Shown here in pieces: positions 39,860-53,079 of a DNA stretch of 64,000 nucleotides. Each line of letters begins with the position of its first letter. Within the stretch, counting starts at the first letter, position 1. A program made the translations under genes and the position numbers. The stretch comes from Chiloscyllium plagiosum (lineage: Eukaryota). Where the stretch lies: the NCBI RefSeq assembly GCF_004010195.1, contig NC_057755.1:10263989-10327988 (forward strand), read 5' to 3'. The notes beneath the pieces were generated by a model, which did not search any database, was not told the origin of the DNA, and was given only the letters and a program-made list of their open reading frames with translations.

Positions 39860-40025
39860 AGAACATTGTGCTGCCATCCAGTACCGATACCCTTTGTCAC
39901 ATATATGCACGATTTTTTGAAACAAGCTGTTCAGCGATATTATTACACAGTTCTAGAGCAGATGGATCTTGAACACTGACCTCCTGGTTCAGTCATAGGG
40001 ACACTACCACTGCCACATAAGAGCT
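39860..40025 (-). mobile_element. Short tRNA-derived SINE
   Basis: Reverse complement 'gctcttatgtggcagtggtagtgtccct...gttcaagatcc' has A/B-box-like motifs; possible relative at ~16510-16620. Confidence 0.45.
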
Positions 40026-40290
40026 CCCAGTGACTCTGTCGTACTGTGGATGATTTATCAGGACCAGCTGCCCTCGTAGGAGGAGTTGCCACAGGATGAA
40101 TTTTTTTATCCAATATCATTCCAGCAAATTACAAAGCGCTGAATAAAATCATGAAGTGTAGTTGAGCTTGGAAGGCTGAAAGCAGACAAATCAGAATGAT
40201 TGTGGGATGTAGAATGAAAACATGACATGATTCGAATGTTAATGCCATGCTTTCTGAATAAGCTTGTCATTCACCATGCAGACATTATAT

Positions 40291-43200
40291 TGTGACAATG
40301 CTGCTCCTTTAAGAAAGTTATTCTGCCCTCAGTCTTTTTCAGAGGGCTCAAAAAGGCAGAGGTTTCGATATGCCTGGGGTTATCTACATGAATAAGATTT
40401 TAAGTGTTTTTCTTAAAACACTTGTACTATGCAAGGGGACTGGCTAGTTCTCCAACATCAGGCTTTGGCTAGATTTTAGCAAGCTGTTGTGTTTTGCAGC
40501 TGTTAGTTAAGTCTTAACTGGGAACACAGAGAGGCTGCTAGGTACCTGAATTAGCAGGTCCATGCTGATTTTCTCTCTCGTTCTCTAACATCTATCCTGT
40601 AAGAACCTCTATTTGAATTTTGCCGTTTGCCAAGGGGTGTTTAAGGGGTGTTGCAGGTATTTGCAACAGCACTTTTAGGTTGTGAGAGAGTCGATTTGGT
40701 TCTCAAATATTCATGTTATTCTGTCTTTGTTTTTCTCTTGTTAGTGTGTAAATAAATTCTGTTTGCTTAAAAATTAGTGATTGGGCCAGCTGCATCATTC
40801 CTGGAATATCCAATGAATACCTGTTTAAAACAAGTAGACAAGTCAGGGTCTGGGCGACCTTCTTGAAATGTTTTGAGGGGTTCTGGTCTGTCCATAACAG
40901 ATTGTCAGCTCATTGCAGGATTCGTTCTACAGTTCTAAATTAGGTTTAGGGTTGCTGGACTCAAAGGCAGCGAGTGGTAGGTGTTGGTGTCTTTAGTTCC
41001 CTGTGCTGGATTCGGTTTGGTTTAAATAGTGTTTGGTGTAGTAATGGAACTTTTATTAACTCAGAGTGTTCTGGGATTGGAAGAAGTGAATTTGGGTCTT
41101 TACAAAAGGTAAGCAAGGAAAAGCTGCTGGAATTAGCAGACAAACTGGAGTTGGAGCTGCCTCCTTCAATGAGGGAAAGAGAGATATTTACAGCAATGCC
41201 TCAGCATTTACATTCGTTGAAGACACCCTCAGTATTTCTCGAGATGGCCAAAACGTAATCCAAAATGAATCAGCTTGCGTTAGAGTTAAATGAAGGAGAA
41301 GAGAAATGAATCCATTTGAACTACGAGCAGAGGAAAGACAAAAGAATCAAAGGCCCCAGAGAACAAAAAGAAAAGGAGAGGGAGAAAAGATAGAAAGAGA
41401 GAATGTTTGGCCTCTAGAAACTGGCACTTAGACAGAAAACTCAACTTAAAAGAATGGGAATGGAAGCTAAAGGTAAATTTAGTGAGGAAGAGTGTGAGGA
41501 TGAGCAAACCCATTGTAGCCAAAGGCCTCGTGAGGATCTGTTTAAATATATTCAGCGTTGCCTAAATTTGATGAGAAGAATTTGGAAGCCTTTTTCATCC
41601 CATTTGCAAAGGTAGTTAAACAAAGGAAGTGGCCAGTGACCATGTGAGTTTCGTTGATCCAAATAGAACTTGTATGTGGAGCTCATGGGATATTCACATC
41701 ATTATCACAGGAGGTATCTTCGGCATATGAGGAGGTAAAGAAAGCCATCTTAAGTGAATATGAGCTTGTGCCAGAAACCGACAGACAACAATTCAGGAAT
41801 CTAAAGAGGAACCCGAGTCAAATCTTCATTGAGTTTGAACGGATCAAACAAAATAACTTTGATAGCTGGATAAGAGCATTAAAAATAGAGAAAACTCAGA
41901 TAGATACTTACTTTGGAGAATTTAAAATGGCACGATTAGCAGCAGAAACCCTGCTGATTATGAATTGGTTCATCAATCAAACATTTGGTTTGCAAAATAA
42001 AATTCGGTCCGTGAGGGATAGAAGTTAGGGAAAACGAGAAATCCTCACGTAGAAGAGAAAAGATAGATCTCGGTGAAGATCAGAAGGATACGTTACCACA
42101 GGGTAAAAAAGAAACCTTTGAAAGGGAAACAGAAGTTAAAACGTTGCAGAGTTTTCACTGCATTAAAGTAGTCAATGTGAAATCACAGGGTTGGTGTGAT
42201 AGAAAAAAAACAACGCAAAGTCAGATGTAGGAAAAGAGGCAAAGCCAGTGAACTTTGTTGGAGTGGTAATGGAAAGAAAAGTGGAGGGCAAATGCCAGAA
42301 AAAGTGCGAGTAGACAAGAAGTGCTTAATTATATAGAGTAAGGTTAGCGTGTTCAGTGAAGAGTAGTGATATCGTGGCAGGAGTACTGGACAAACTCTCA
42401 GCTCTAGGGCTGCAATTTGTCCTTGCTCACAATATAACTGGTAGGAGTGATGCCTACTGTCTTTGAACAGCTAGTGGAAACTCAAGTAACTGAACTATTG
42501 CAGGAAGCATATCCTGGGAATTTTCCTGACTGCATGTTAACAAGATTACAAAGTCACAGAAGACATCAAAGTGTAGAGATAAGACAGCTGATGTGGAATT
42601 ATCAGAGACCCTGTTTGATCAAATGGTTGAGAAAAAACACAAGAGCAAAGCAGATATTTTGACTACAACAGAAAGATTAGAAACTAAAGCAATTGCATCA
42701 AAAAGCAGACACTGCAGAATAATCTCCATGTATTCCCGAATGCCACCATCTTAAAAATGAGGAAATGGGGGCTGTCATATATTCAGTCAGATGAGATGTC
42801 GGCAGAAGTTTATTAAGTCATATTGCAGTGGGTTATAGAAAGAAAGCGTTGCAGGTAGTACACGAACAACCAGTAGGAGGTCGTTTATTGGGAAGTAAAA
42901 TTCAAGCTAAAATACAAAAACGTGTTTTTTGGTCTGGACTGTACAAGGATGCTACACGTGTAATAAATGCCAGGTAATTGGAAACCACAGGCAGTAATAA
43001 AACCCGCACCTTTATTTCTGCATTTAATAATCTTAATTGATAACGTAGGAATCGTTCTTAAAGCAAAAAGTAGGAAAATCAGTGCTTGTTAACAATAATT
43101 AATGCGCTCACTCGATTTCCAGAAGCCATTCAATTCTGCATTATCACAGCTAAAAGGATTGTAGTGGAATTATTCAATTTTTTTCATGAGATATGGACAA

Positions 43201-46086
43201 CTTACAGAGATACAACCAGATCAAGGGCCAAAGTTCACACCAAGGAAACAATTATTCAAGGAACTTATGGACAGCTTACAAATAAAACAATTCAAATGTA
43301 CTGCATACCATCCAGACTTGCACTGAGCACTGGAATCGTGGCCTTAGACATTACAGACCATGTTGAGAACCTATAAGCAAGACAATCCAGATGACTGGGA
43401 TAAAAGACAAATCTGTTTGTAATTTGTGTCATCAAAGTTGCATCAAATGAATTAACCAAATTCAGTCCATTTGAATTAGATTTTGAGCATGAAGTGAGGA
43501 TTGTTTACCGTGATTCAGGAGAAGTTGGTAAGTCAGAAATCAGAGATTTGGACAATGTGTCAAATTTTAGGGAACTGGTATAAAGAGTGAATAAGTTGGT
43601 TAGACAGCATTCAAATGTGTCAAAAAGTACAATGAATCAGGAAATAGACAAATAAATAACTCACATTTTTGCTTTCGGAGATCAGGGGGTGAGTGTTACT
43701 TGCAGTGTTGGGTGAACCTTTAAAAGCAAGGTTTACTGGACCCAGTCAAGTCCAAAGGTAATTGAGTGAGGTGAACTATTTTGATAAGGACTCTGGACAG
43801 AAAGGAATCTCACCGAGTGTGCCATATGAATGTGTTGAAAAGATATGTTGGCAGGGAAGATAAGCAAAAGAAGATTGTGTTACTGATTACAACACAGAGT
43901 GAATTCTGAATTGGACATTCGTAAAATTAAATTGGACAATGAGGAAGTTGTCAAAAATTGAGATAAATTATCGAGTTACCTACCAGAGGAAAATCAAATT
44001 GACCTGAAAGAGTTACTTCTATTACATTGGGAGGTATTTTGAAATATTGGAAAAATGTAGCCATTGGATGTCTGCTCTGATTCAGCAACGTCTTTATAGG
44101 CATAACTCTCTAAGGTTGGCTCAAATTGAACACGTGCTAAAACACGACATAATCAAAATGATTTAAAGTGAGTTGAGCTCATCTAATGTAATGGTTCCAA
44201 AATCAAATTGCACCAAACGAATTTATGTGGACTATCACAACATCAACAAAGACTGATGCTTATCTGATTCCGTGTTTGAAAGACAGTGTTGAAAACGTGA
44301 GATAAGCAACTTATATCTCTAAGTTGGACTTGCTCAGAGGATACTGGCAGGTAATTTTGTCCGAAAGTCGAAGCCAGTTTCAGCTTTCCTAACGCTGAAT
44401 GGACTGTATCAGTCATGTTATTTGGTAAGAAAAACGCATCAGCTACATTTCAAAGACTAAGCAATAAGGGCATTTCCAGATTACCCAATTGTATAGTACA
44501 TATTGATGACCTGGTGATTTTTGGTCGCACATGGAATCAACATTTGCAATATTTATCAGACTTGTTCGATTGACTTTGAGACACAGGTTTGGTAATAAAC
44601 TTCGCTAAGAGTGATTTTGCCAAAGCCCAATTCACCTTCCTGGACGATGCTATTGGATATTGACAAATAGCCTCATGGAATGCAAAAACAAAGATCAATG
44701 GTGAATTTCCCATACCATCAACAACAAAAAAACAGAAGTTCTATGATTCCTGGGATTGAGTGAATTTTATCAGAAATTTGTACAAAATTTTCGCAGTGTG
44801 GCTGTTCAACTCACTGTATTGCCAAAGGACAACAAGAAGTCTCAGTGGGCAGTGGACAGTCAGAAGGCACCTGACAGACTGGAAGCTGTGTTAACCACTA
44901 CCCGAGTATTAGCCACACCTAATTATGTAAAGTCAATTGGAGGTGGCTATCGATGTTAGTGATGTGGGTATTGGTACTTTGCTGTTTTAAGAGGACTCTG
45001 AGAAGATAGAAAGACCAATCAAGCATTTCAATACGAAATTGAACATGCATAAGCAGAAATATTTGACAGTTGACGTTACAAAATTCCAATATTTATGTTA
45101 CCAGTAATGTATCTGAGACAATTATACACTGATCATAACCTATTGAAGTGAGTAGAGAAATTTAAGGACAAAAATGCCAGATGATTTTTTTGGAGCTTGT
45201 TGTTAAAGCCATTCGATTTGAAAAAAATTGCACGTGGAAGGGTGAGAAAATGTGCTGACCATGCATTGTCGAGACTTGAATGAGAAACAGAAGTGTTCCG
45301 TGGCAGGAGTAGATGGACTGAAAGACAATGTAGTAGTCTACGTGTGCATGATTATACTCTGGTCAATATATATGTGTTATAGTTTACTAACAATTTAAGG
45401 TTAAGGGGTTTTAAAATGAAGCCATCTTTGGATATTTATGGTTCACTTTTATAAGGCATGATGGAGAGAGGGGAACATGTGATGACGCTGCTCCATTAAC
45501 ACATTTATTCTGTCTTGTTTTTTTTTTTCCGGGGGTGAGAATAAAAGCTGTGGCTCTTATATGTCTGAGATATTTTATTGATTAAGCTTTAAGTGTTTAT
45601 TTTTAATACTTGTACAATCAAAGGGAAGTGCCCAATTCTCACAGTTCAGGGTTTGGTTTCGTTTGCTATTTACAGGATGGTTTGATTTGCAGCTGTTTGC
45701 AGCTGCTGGTCAAGTCTTAGTTGGGAACCCGGAGAAGGTGCTAGATGCAAGGAAACAGGTCCGTATTGATCCTCTCTCTCTGATATTTCTCCCAGAAGAA
45801 CCTTCATTTCAATTGATGTGCTTGCCAAGGTGTGTTAATGGGATTTTGCAGGTATTTGGAACTGCATCATTAGGTTCTGATAGAGTCAATGGAGTTTTCA
45901 AATATTTATGTTACTCTAACTTTGGTTTTCTTTTGATCATGTGTAAATACAGTATTTTTGTTTAAAACTGAGTGATTGGGCCAGCTACATCACTCCCGGA
46001 ATGTCAACTTATACCTAATTAAAACAACCAGAAAGGTTTGGGTCTTGTCTATCTTTTTGAATGGTGGTCTGGACTGGTGCATAATA
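40291..46086 (+). mobile_element. Near full-length decayed Gypsy LTR retrotransposon, Gmr1-type domain order (gag-INT-RT-RNaseH)
   Basis: LTRs at 40291-40899 and 45478-46086, PPT GGAGAGAGGGGAA just 5' of the 3' LTR, flanking ATAT on both sides. Gag ~41050-42250. Integrase ~42830-43850 (TRFPEAI, KARFTGP, HMNVLKRY). RT ~44050-44950 (SKLDLLRGYWQV, HIDDLVIF). RNase H ~44950-45280 (IDVSDVGIG, TDHN). Confidence 0.9.
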
Positions 46087-46376
46087 ATATTATGCCCCAA
46101 AATTTCCAAGAGGTGTATTAACGAACTGTGTGCAAAGTCTAAAAACATTTACAAAAAGAGCAAAAAATATTAATGATTCGCTCTCAGGGCTCTTTGGGTT
46201 CCTGCAAGTGAGGGAGGAGTTGGTGAGAGAGTTAGTTTCATATCTTTTGCTTTTTCACACAGGCTATTCCAGTCTATTGTACAAATCCAGAAATAAAGTT
46301 TCATGAAAGGATTGATTGTAATAAGCATCCTGCACAACGCGAATCAAATCATAGAAAATAATTCATTCAGCCTCCT

Positions 46377-46464
46377 TCATTCTTTTATTACAGTTAAATC
46401 ATTTGATACTGGAATCGACTTCAATCTTTGCAGTCCTTCCTCAGAGAATTGATTGTTCATCAAC
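46377..46464 (-). CDS. Terminal LRR exon of an NLR-family (NACHT-LRR, NLRC3/NLRP-like) gene
   Basis: Acceptor tttatctttcag|G, then LMNNQFSEEGLQRLKSIPVSNDLTVIKE*. Joins the upstream phase-2 exon as AG|G = Arg. Confidence 0.75.
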
Positions 46465-46627
46465 CTGAAAGATAAATCGCAATAATTACTGATAAGGAGC
46501 AGCTTCTGAGATCGATTATAGGTAATGATATTATTTTTTGGTTATTTTTCTATGCTTTTAAAGAACGTATTTATCGATGAGAGAGATAGAGACATCATGG
46601 CTGAGTATATAGCTGTTAGACTAATAG

Positions 46628-49600
46628 ATTCATAGAGATGCACAGCATGGAAACTGACCCTTCAGTCCAATCCGTCCATGCCGACCACATATCCCAACCC
46701 AATCTCGTCCCACTTGCCAGCGCCCGGTCCATATCCCTCCAAACCCTTCCTAATCATATACCAATCCAGATTCCTCTTAAATGTTGTAATTGTACCAACC
46801 TCCACCACTTCCTCTGGCAGCTCATTCCTTACATGTACCACCCTCTGCGTGAAATAGTTGCCCTTTAGGTCTCTTTTGTATCCTTCCCCACTCATGCTAA
46901 ACCTATGCCCTCTAGTTCTGGACTCCCCCATCCCACAGAAAAGACTTTGCCTATTTATCCTATCCATGCCCCTCATAATTTAGTAAAACTTTATAAGGTC
47001 ACACCTCAGCCACCAACACACCAGGGGAAACAGCCCCAGCCTGTTCAGCCTCTCCCTATAGCTCAAATCCTCCAACCCTGGCAACATCCTTGTAAATCTT
47101 TTCTGAACACGTTTTAGTTTCACAACATCTTTCCGACAGGAAATTGCACCAGAATTGGACGCAATATTACAACAATCGATAACCAATGTCATGTACAGCT
47201 GCAACGTGACCTCCCAACTACTGTACTCAATACTCTGACCAATAAAGGAAAGCATTCCAAATGCCTTCTTCACTATCCTATGTACCTGCAACTCCACTCT
47301 CAAGGAGCTATGAACCTGCACTCCAAGGTCTCTTTGTTCAGCAACACTCCCTAGGACCTTATCATTAAGTGTATAAGTCTTTGCTTTCCCAAAATACAGC
47401 ACCTCACATTTATCTGAATTAAACTCCATCTGCCACTTCTCAGCCCATTGGCCCATCTAGACCAGATCCTGTTGTAATCTGAGGTGACCCTCTTCGCTCT
47501 CTTCTACACCTCCAATTTTGGTGTCATCTGCAAGCTTACTAACTGTACCTCTTATGCTCGCATCCAAATCATTTATGTAAATGAAAAAACATAGAGGATC
47601 CAGCAACGATCCTTATGGCACTTCACTAGTCACAGGGCTCCAGTCTGAAAAGCACCCCTCCAACACCACCCTCATTGTTCTATCTTTGAGCCAGTTCTGT
47701 ATACAAATGGCTAGTTCTCCCTGTATTCCATGAGATCTAACCTTGCTAATCAATCTCGCATGGGGAATCTTTTCGAACGCCTTACTGAAGTCCATATAGA
47801 TCACATCTATTGTTCTGCCCTCATGAATCTTCTTTGTTACTTCTTCAAAAAACTCAATCACATTTTTGACACATGATTTCCCACGCACAAAGCCATGTTG
47901 ATTATCCCTAATCAGTCCTTGCCTTTCCAAATATATATCCATCCTATCCCTCAGGATTTCCTCCAACAACTTGCCCACACTGAAGGCAGGCTCACTGGAC
48001 TATAGTTCGCTGGTTTGTCTTTACCACCCTTCTTAAACAGTGGCAAAACTTTTGCCAACCTCCAGTCTTCTGGCACCTCACCTGTGACTATCGATGACAC
48101 AAGTATCTCAGCAAGAGGCCCAGGAATCACTTCTCTAGTTTCCCACAGAGTTCGAGGGTACACCTGTTCAGGTCCTGGGGATTTATCCACCTTTAACCAT
48201 TTCAAGACAGACAGCACTTTCTTCACGGTAATCTGGACATATTGCAAGATGTCACCATCTATTTCCCTACAGTCTATATTTTCCATATCCTTTTCCACAG
48301 TAACTATTGATGCAACATATTCATTTAGTATCTCCCCCATTTTTGCGGCTCCACACAAAGGGCGTCTTGCTCATCTTTGATGGGAGGAAGTGAGGACTGC
48401 AGATGCTGGAGATTAGAGCTGAAAAATGTGTTGCTGGAAAAGCCTGACTTGATCTTTGATGGGCCATATTCTCTCCCTAGTTACCCTTTTGTCCTTAATA
48501 TATTTGTATATTACGACTTCCTTTATGCCCTTCTAAGGATTCACTCGATCTATCCTGTCTATACCTGCCCTATCCTTCCTTCTCTTTCTTAACCAAATCC
48601 TCAATTTCTTCAGTCATCCAGTATTCCCTGTACCTACCAGCCTTCCCTTTCACCTTGACAGGAATCTACTTCCTCTGGATTCTTGTTATCTCCTTTTTGA
48701 AGGCTTCCCATTTTTAGCCATCGCTTTCCCTGCAAATATCCGCCACCAATCAGCTTTTGAAAGTTCTGCTCTATCCTTTTCAATCACTATTTTGAAACAA
48801 ATAGAATTATAGTCGCTGGACCCAAAGTGGTCCCCCACTGGCAACTCACTCACCTGCCCTGCCTTATTTCTCGACATCAGTTCATGGTTTGCACCTTCTC
48901 TCGAAGGTATATCCACATACTGAATCAGAAAATTGTCTTGTACGCACTGAAGAAATTCCTCTCCATCTAAACCTTTAACACTATGGCAGTCCCAGTCAAT
49001 GTTTGGGAAGTTAAAATCCCCTACCATAACTGCCCAATTATTCGTACGGATAGCTGAGATCACCGTACAAGTTTGTTTCTCAATTTCTCTCTGAGAATTA
49101 TGGGGTCTGTAATGCAATCTCAAGAAGGTGATCACCCTTTTTTTATTTCTCAGTTCCACCCAAATAATTTCCCTGGATATATTTCCGGGAAAAACCTCGC
49201 TCAGCACAACTGTAATTCTATCCCTTATCAAAAATGCCACCCCACACCCTCCTCTCTTCCTTCCCTCTCTGTTCTTTCTGTAGAACTTATATCCTGGAAC
49301 ATTAAGCTGCCAGTCCTGCCCATCCCTGAACCATGTTTCAGTAATTGCGATGATATCCCAGTCCCATTTTCTTAACCATGTCCTGAGTTCATCTGCATTC
49401 CTTGTTCGGCCCCTTACATTGAAATCAGTGCAGTTTATTTTATGAGTACTACCTTGTCCCTGCCTGCCCTGATTGTTTGACTCACTTCTGTTCTCAACTG
49501 TACCAGTCTCAGATTGATCTCTTTCCTCACCATCTCCCTGGGCGTCAACCACCGCCCCTCCCCACCCCAACCTTACGAGTTTCAATCCTCCACAGCCATG

Positions 49601-50015
49601 CATTCATCTGCTCTATCATCCTATTCCGGACCTCCATAGCTCTTAGCACTGGGAGTAATCAAGATATTACTACCCTTGAGGACCTCCTTTTTAAATTTCT
49701 GCATAACTCTCTGTATTCTCCCTTCAGAAGCTCAACCTTTTCCCTTTCTGTATCGCTGGTTCCAATGTGGACAATGACCTCTTGCTGGCCTCTCACCCCC
49801 TTGAGAACATTCTGCACCCTCTCTGAGACATCCTTTCTCCTGGCACCAGGGAAACCACACACCATTCTGCTTTTTCGTTGCTGGCCACAGAAACGTCTGT
49901 CTGTATCTCGGACTAGAGAGTCCACTAACACAATTGATCTCTTGGAAGCCGACGTACCTCTCGTTGCATTAGAGCCAGTCTCAATACCAGAAACTTGGCT
50001 GTTTGCGCTACAGTT
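46628..50015 (-). mobile_element. CR1/HER1 LINE, ORF1 esterase remnant plus nearly complete ORF2 (frameshifted), within NLR intron
   Basis: ORF1 DSLVRDTDRRFC..VIVHIGTSD (SGNH-like). EN IIAITETW..VGDFNFPNIDW..SSDYN. RT KSPGPE, QHGFVRGKSC, YMDFSKAF, WQMEFNSDKCEVL. A short PLE-derived piece lies at ~48385-48450. Confidence 0.95.
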
Positions 50016-50420
50016 CCTAATTATAATTTGGACTTATCCAGTCATACAACACAGAAACAGACTCATCATTTCACCTCATCTGCAACGACCAGACATCTCA
50101 ATCGGACCTGTCCTATCTACCATGACAGCTATTTGGGAGTGAGTTTCAAGGGACTGATCATGTGCTAGTGAATGAGCAAAAAGAAAGTAAACCAATATGC
50201 TCTGTGCCTCAGTGCAAAACTGTTTGAGTTGACAGAGATGTTTGAGAAAATTTTCTCAGCCTTCATGCTAGGCCTCTGAAATACCTGGTATACTTCAGTT
50301 ACTGTCAGAATTGGTACATTTCCTAAAATTCCATTCACCTATGCTTATTGTGCAAATCGATGCAACTATGTTATGTAACAAGTACATTTTCTTTTCAAAG
50401 AACACTTAAACAAAACTCAC

Positions 50421-50612
50421 CTGATTTCTTTCATTTGTGTGCTATTCTGAATGAACTGGGACAGTTCATTAATTGATTTATCTGTCAGCCTGTTGGCATT
50501 GTCATCATTTTGATCATCATTGCTGATGTCCAGTTTTAACAACACAGTATTTTCACGGAGAGCAGAGATTAGGATTTCCACACAGCCGTCTGTGAGATTG
50601 TTGCTTTTTAAA
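50421..50612 (-). CDS. Internal 192-nt phase-2 LRR exon of the NLR-family gene
   Basis: caatgcag|T-TTA AAA AGC...GAA ATC AG|gtgagt. Open frame LKSNNLTDGCVEILISALRENTVLLKLDISNDDQNDDNANRLTDKSINELSQFIQNSTQMKEI (ribonuclease-inhibitor-type LRRs). Confidence 0.85.
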
Positions 50613-50779
50613 CTGCATTGTTTGAAATAAAAGCATATACTTTATTTACAGGAACAATAGACACATACAAAAAGGCAAAGGTGAAAACAAATGCCAACAG
50701 AAAAACAATTGCACTAAAAGTCCAAGTGAACTGTAACAATTGTTTTACGTGTCATCTTTATGTCTAAATTTTCACAAGA

Positions 50780-52558
50780 ATAATAGAGTCACAGAGATGT
50801 ACACTATGGAAACTGACCCTTCTGTTCAACCCGTCCGTGCCGACCAGGTATCCCAACACAATGTAGTCCCTCCTGCCACCACCCGGCCCATATCCCTCCA
50901 ATCCCTTCATATTCACATACCCGGAGTTAAGATTAGAGTGGTGCTGGAAAAGCACAGCAATTCAGGCAGCATCCGAGGAGCAGTAAAATTGATGTTTCGG
51001 GCAAAAGCCCTTCATCAGGAATACATCATCAGGAATCAGTATTCCTGATGAAGGGCTTTTGCCTAAAATGTCGATTTTACTGCTCCTCGGATGTTGCCAG
51101 AACTGCTGTGCTTTTCTAGCATCACTCTAATCTAAACTCGGGTTTCCAGCATCTGAAGTCATTGTAATTACCTTATTCATAAAACCATCCAAATGTCTCT
51201 TAAATGATGCAATTATACCAGACTCCACCACTTCGTCTGGCAGCTCATTACATACACATACCACACTCTGCATGAAAAAGTTGCCCCTTGGGTCTCTTTT
51301 ATATCTTTCCCCTCTCACCCTAAACCAATATCCTCTAGATCTAGACTCATTCACCCACAGGAAAAAGACTTTGTATATTTATCCTATCCATGCCACTCAT
51401 AATTTTGTAAAACTCTATAAAAGCACCCGTCAGACTCCGACGGTAGAGGGAAAATAACACTAGCATATTCAACCTCTCCCTGTAGCTCAAATCCTTCAAC
51501 CCTGGCAACATCCTTGTAATTCTTTTCTGAACCCTTTCACGTTTCACAGCATCTTTCCGAAAGGGAGGAGACCAGAATTGCATGCAATATTCCAACAGTG
51601 GCCTAACCAATGTCCTGTACAGTCGCAACATGACCTCCCAACTCCTGGACTCAATACTCTGAGCAATAAAGGAAAACATACCAAACACCATCTTCACTAT
51701 CCTATCTACCTGTAACTCCACTTTCAAGGAGCTATGGACCTGCACTCCAATGTCTCCATGTTCAGCAACACTCCCTAGGACCTTACCGTTAAGTGTATAT
51801 GTCCTGCTTAAGATGGCTTTCCCAAAATGCAGCACCTCACATTTATCTGAATTAAACTTCATCTGCCACTTCTCAGTCCATTGGCCCATCGAATCAATAT
51901 CTTGTTATAATCTGAGCTAACCTTCTTCGCTATACACTACACCTTCAACATTGGTGTCATCTGAAAACTTACTAACTGTAACTCTTATGCTCACATCCAA
52001 ACCATTTATATAAATGACAAAAGGTAGAGGGCCCAGCACCGATCCTTTTGGCACTCCACTGGTCACAGGTCTCCCGTCTGAAAAACAACGCTTCACCACC
52101 ACCCTCTGTCTTCTACCTTTGAGCCAGTTCTGTATCCAAATGGCTAGTTCTCCCTGTATCCCATGATACATAACCTTGCTAATCAGTCTCCCATAGGGAA
52201 AATTGGAGAACGCCTTACTGAAGTCCATATAGACCACATCTACTACTCTGCCCTCATTAATCCTCTTTGTTACTTCCTCAAATCTCAATCAAGTTTGTGA
52301 GACATGATTTCCCATTCACAAAACCGTTTTAACGATCCTGAATCAGACCTTGCCTTTCCAAATACATGTACATCCTATCCCTCAGGATTCCCTCCAACTA
52401 CTTGCCCACCACCGAGGTAAGGCTTACCAGTCTATAGTTCCCTGACTTGTCTTTACCGCCCTTCTTAAACAATGGCACCACGTTAGCCAACCTCCAGTCT
52501 TCCGGCACCTCAAATGTGACTATCGATTACACAAATATCTCAGCAAGAAGCCCAGTAA
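50780..52558 (-). mobile_element. 5'-truncated CR1 LINE within NLR intron
   Basis: YMDFSKAF, SGVPKGSVLGP, SKFSDDT, LVRPLLEYCMQFWSP; the tail is interrupted at 50921-51172. Confidence 0.95.
50921..51172. mobile_element. Inverted pair of PLE-derived termini with two hammerhead-like cores
   Basis: ~50930-51023 is the reverse complement of ~51039-51133. Minus core CTGATGA-A-GGGC-TTTT-GCCC-GAAA-CATC at 50991-51018; plus core CTGATGAAGGGCTTTTGCCTAAAATGTC at 51045. Confidence 0.85.
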
Positions 52559-52641
52559 TAATAGAAATGGAAAATCATATTTGCTGATAATGACTAAAAT
52601 GGATTTTAAAATGCGTTGTTTTATATTTTATGCAGAATTAC

Positions 52642-52732
52642 TGTCAACAACGTGTGTATTTTGCAATGCTTTGCCTTCGGAATGCCAGGGAGACTTTGCA
52701 CTCCCAAATCGTCCAGTTTGTTCATGCTGAGA
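52642..52732 (-). CDS. LRR exon of the NLR-family gene (donor site appears shifted by +1)
   Basis: ttccttactag|T-CTC AGC ATG...: LSMNKLDDLGVQSLPGIPKAKHCKIHTLLT. The best donor GTAATT gives 91 nt, which is not a multiple of 3. Confidence 0.7.
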
Positions 52733-53079
52733 CTAGTAAGGAATAATAAGAAAATATCACAGGTAAAAATGAGTAGGATTTCAAATATTTTGTTATTGTG
52801 GTTTGGAGATTCAGAATATGAAGAAATAACATGTAATGTATATTTAATCATGTGGCTTGTATTAATTTATTTTGATTTAAGAATATTACTGACCCCAAGA
52901 GTTGACTAGATCTGGATTGTAATTTTACAAAAGCCATACTTTACAATAAATGATGTGCATAATGTGCTGCAAAATAAGACAGTTGCACAAAGGTACTGAT
53001 GTTGAAACCCAAACTGAAGTATTAGAGTGAATAGCAAGTATTCCTTATTGATTGGTTGCGGTATTAGAAACGTTTAAAG

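Noticed and set aside
48686..49603. Longest ORF (305 aa) as a host gene or active LINE
   Set aside because: It is the CR1 endonuclease domain; downstream ORF2 is broken by frameshifts.
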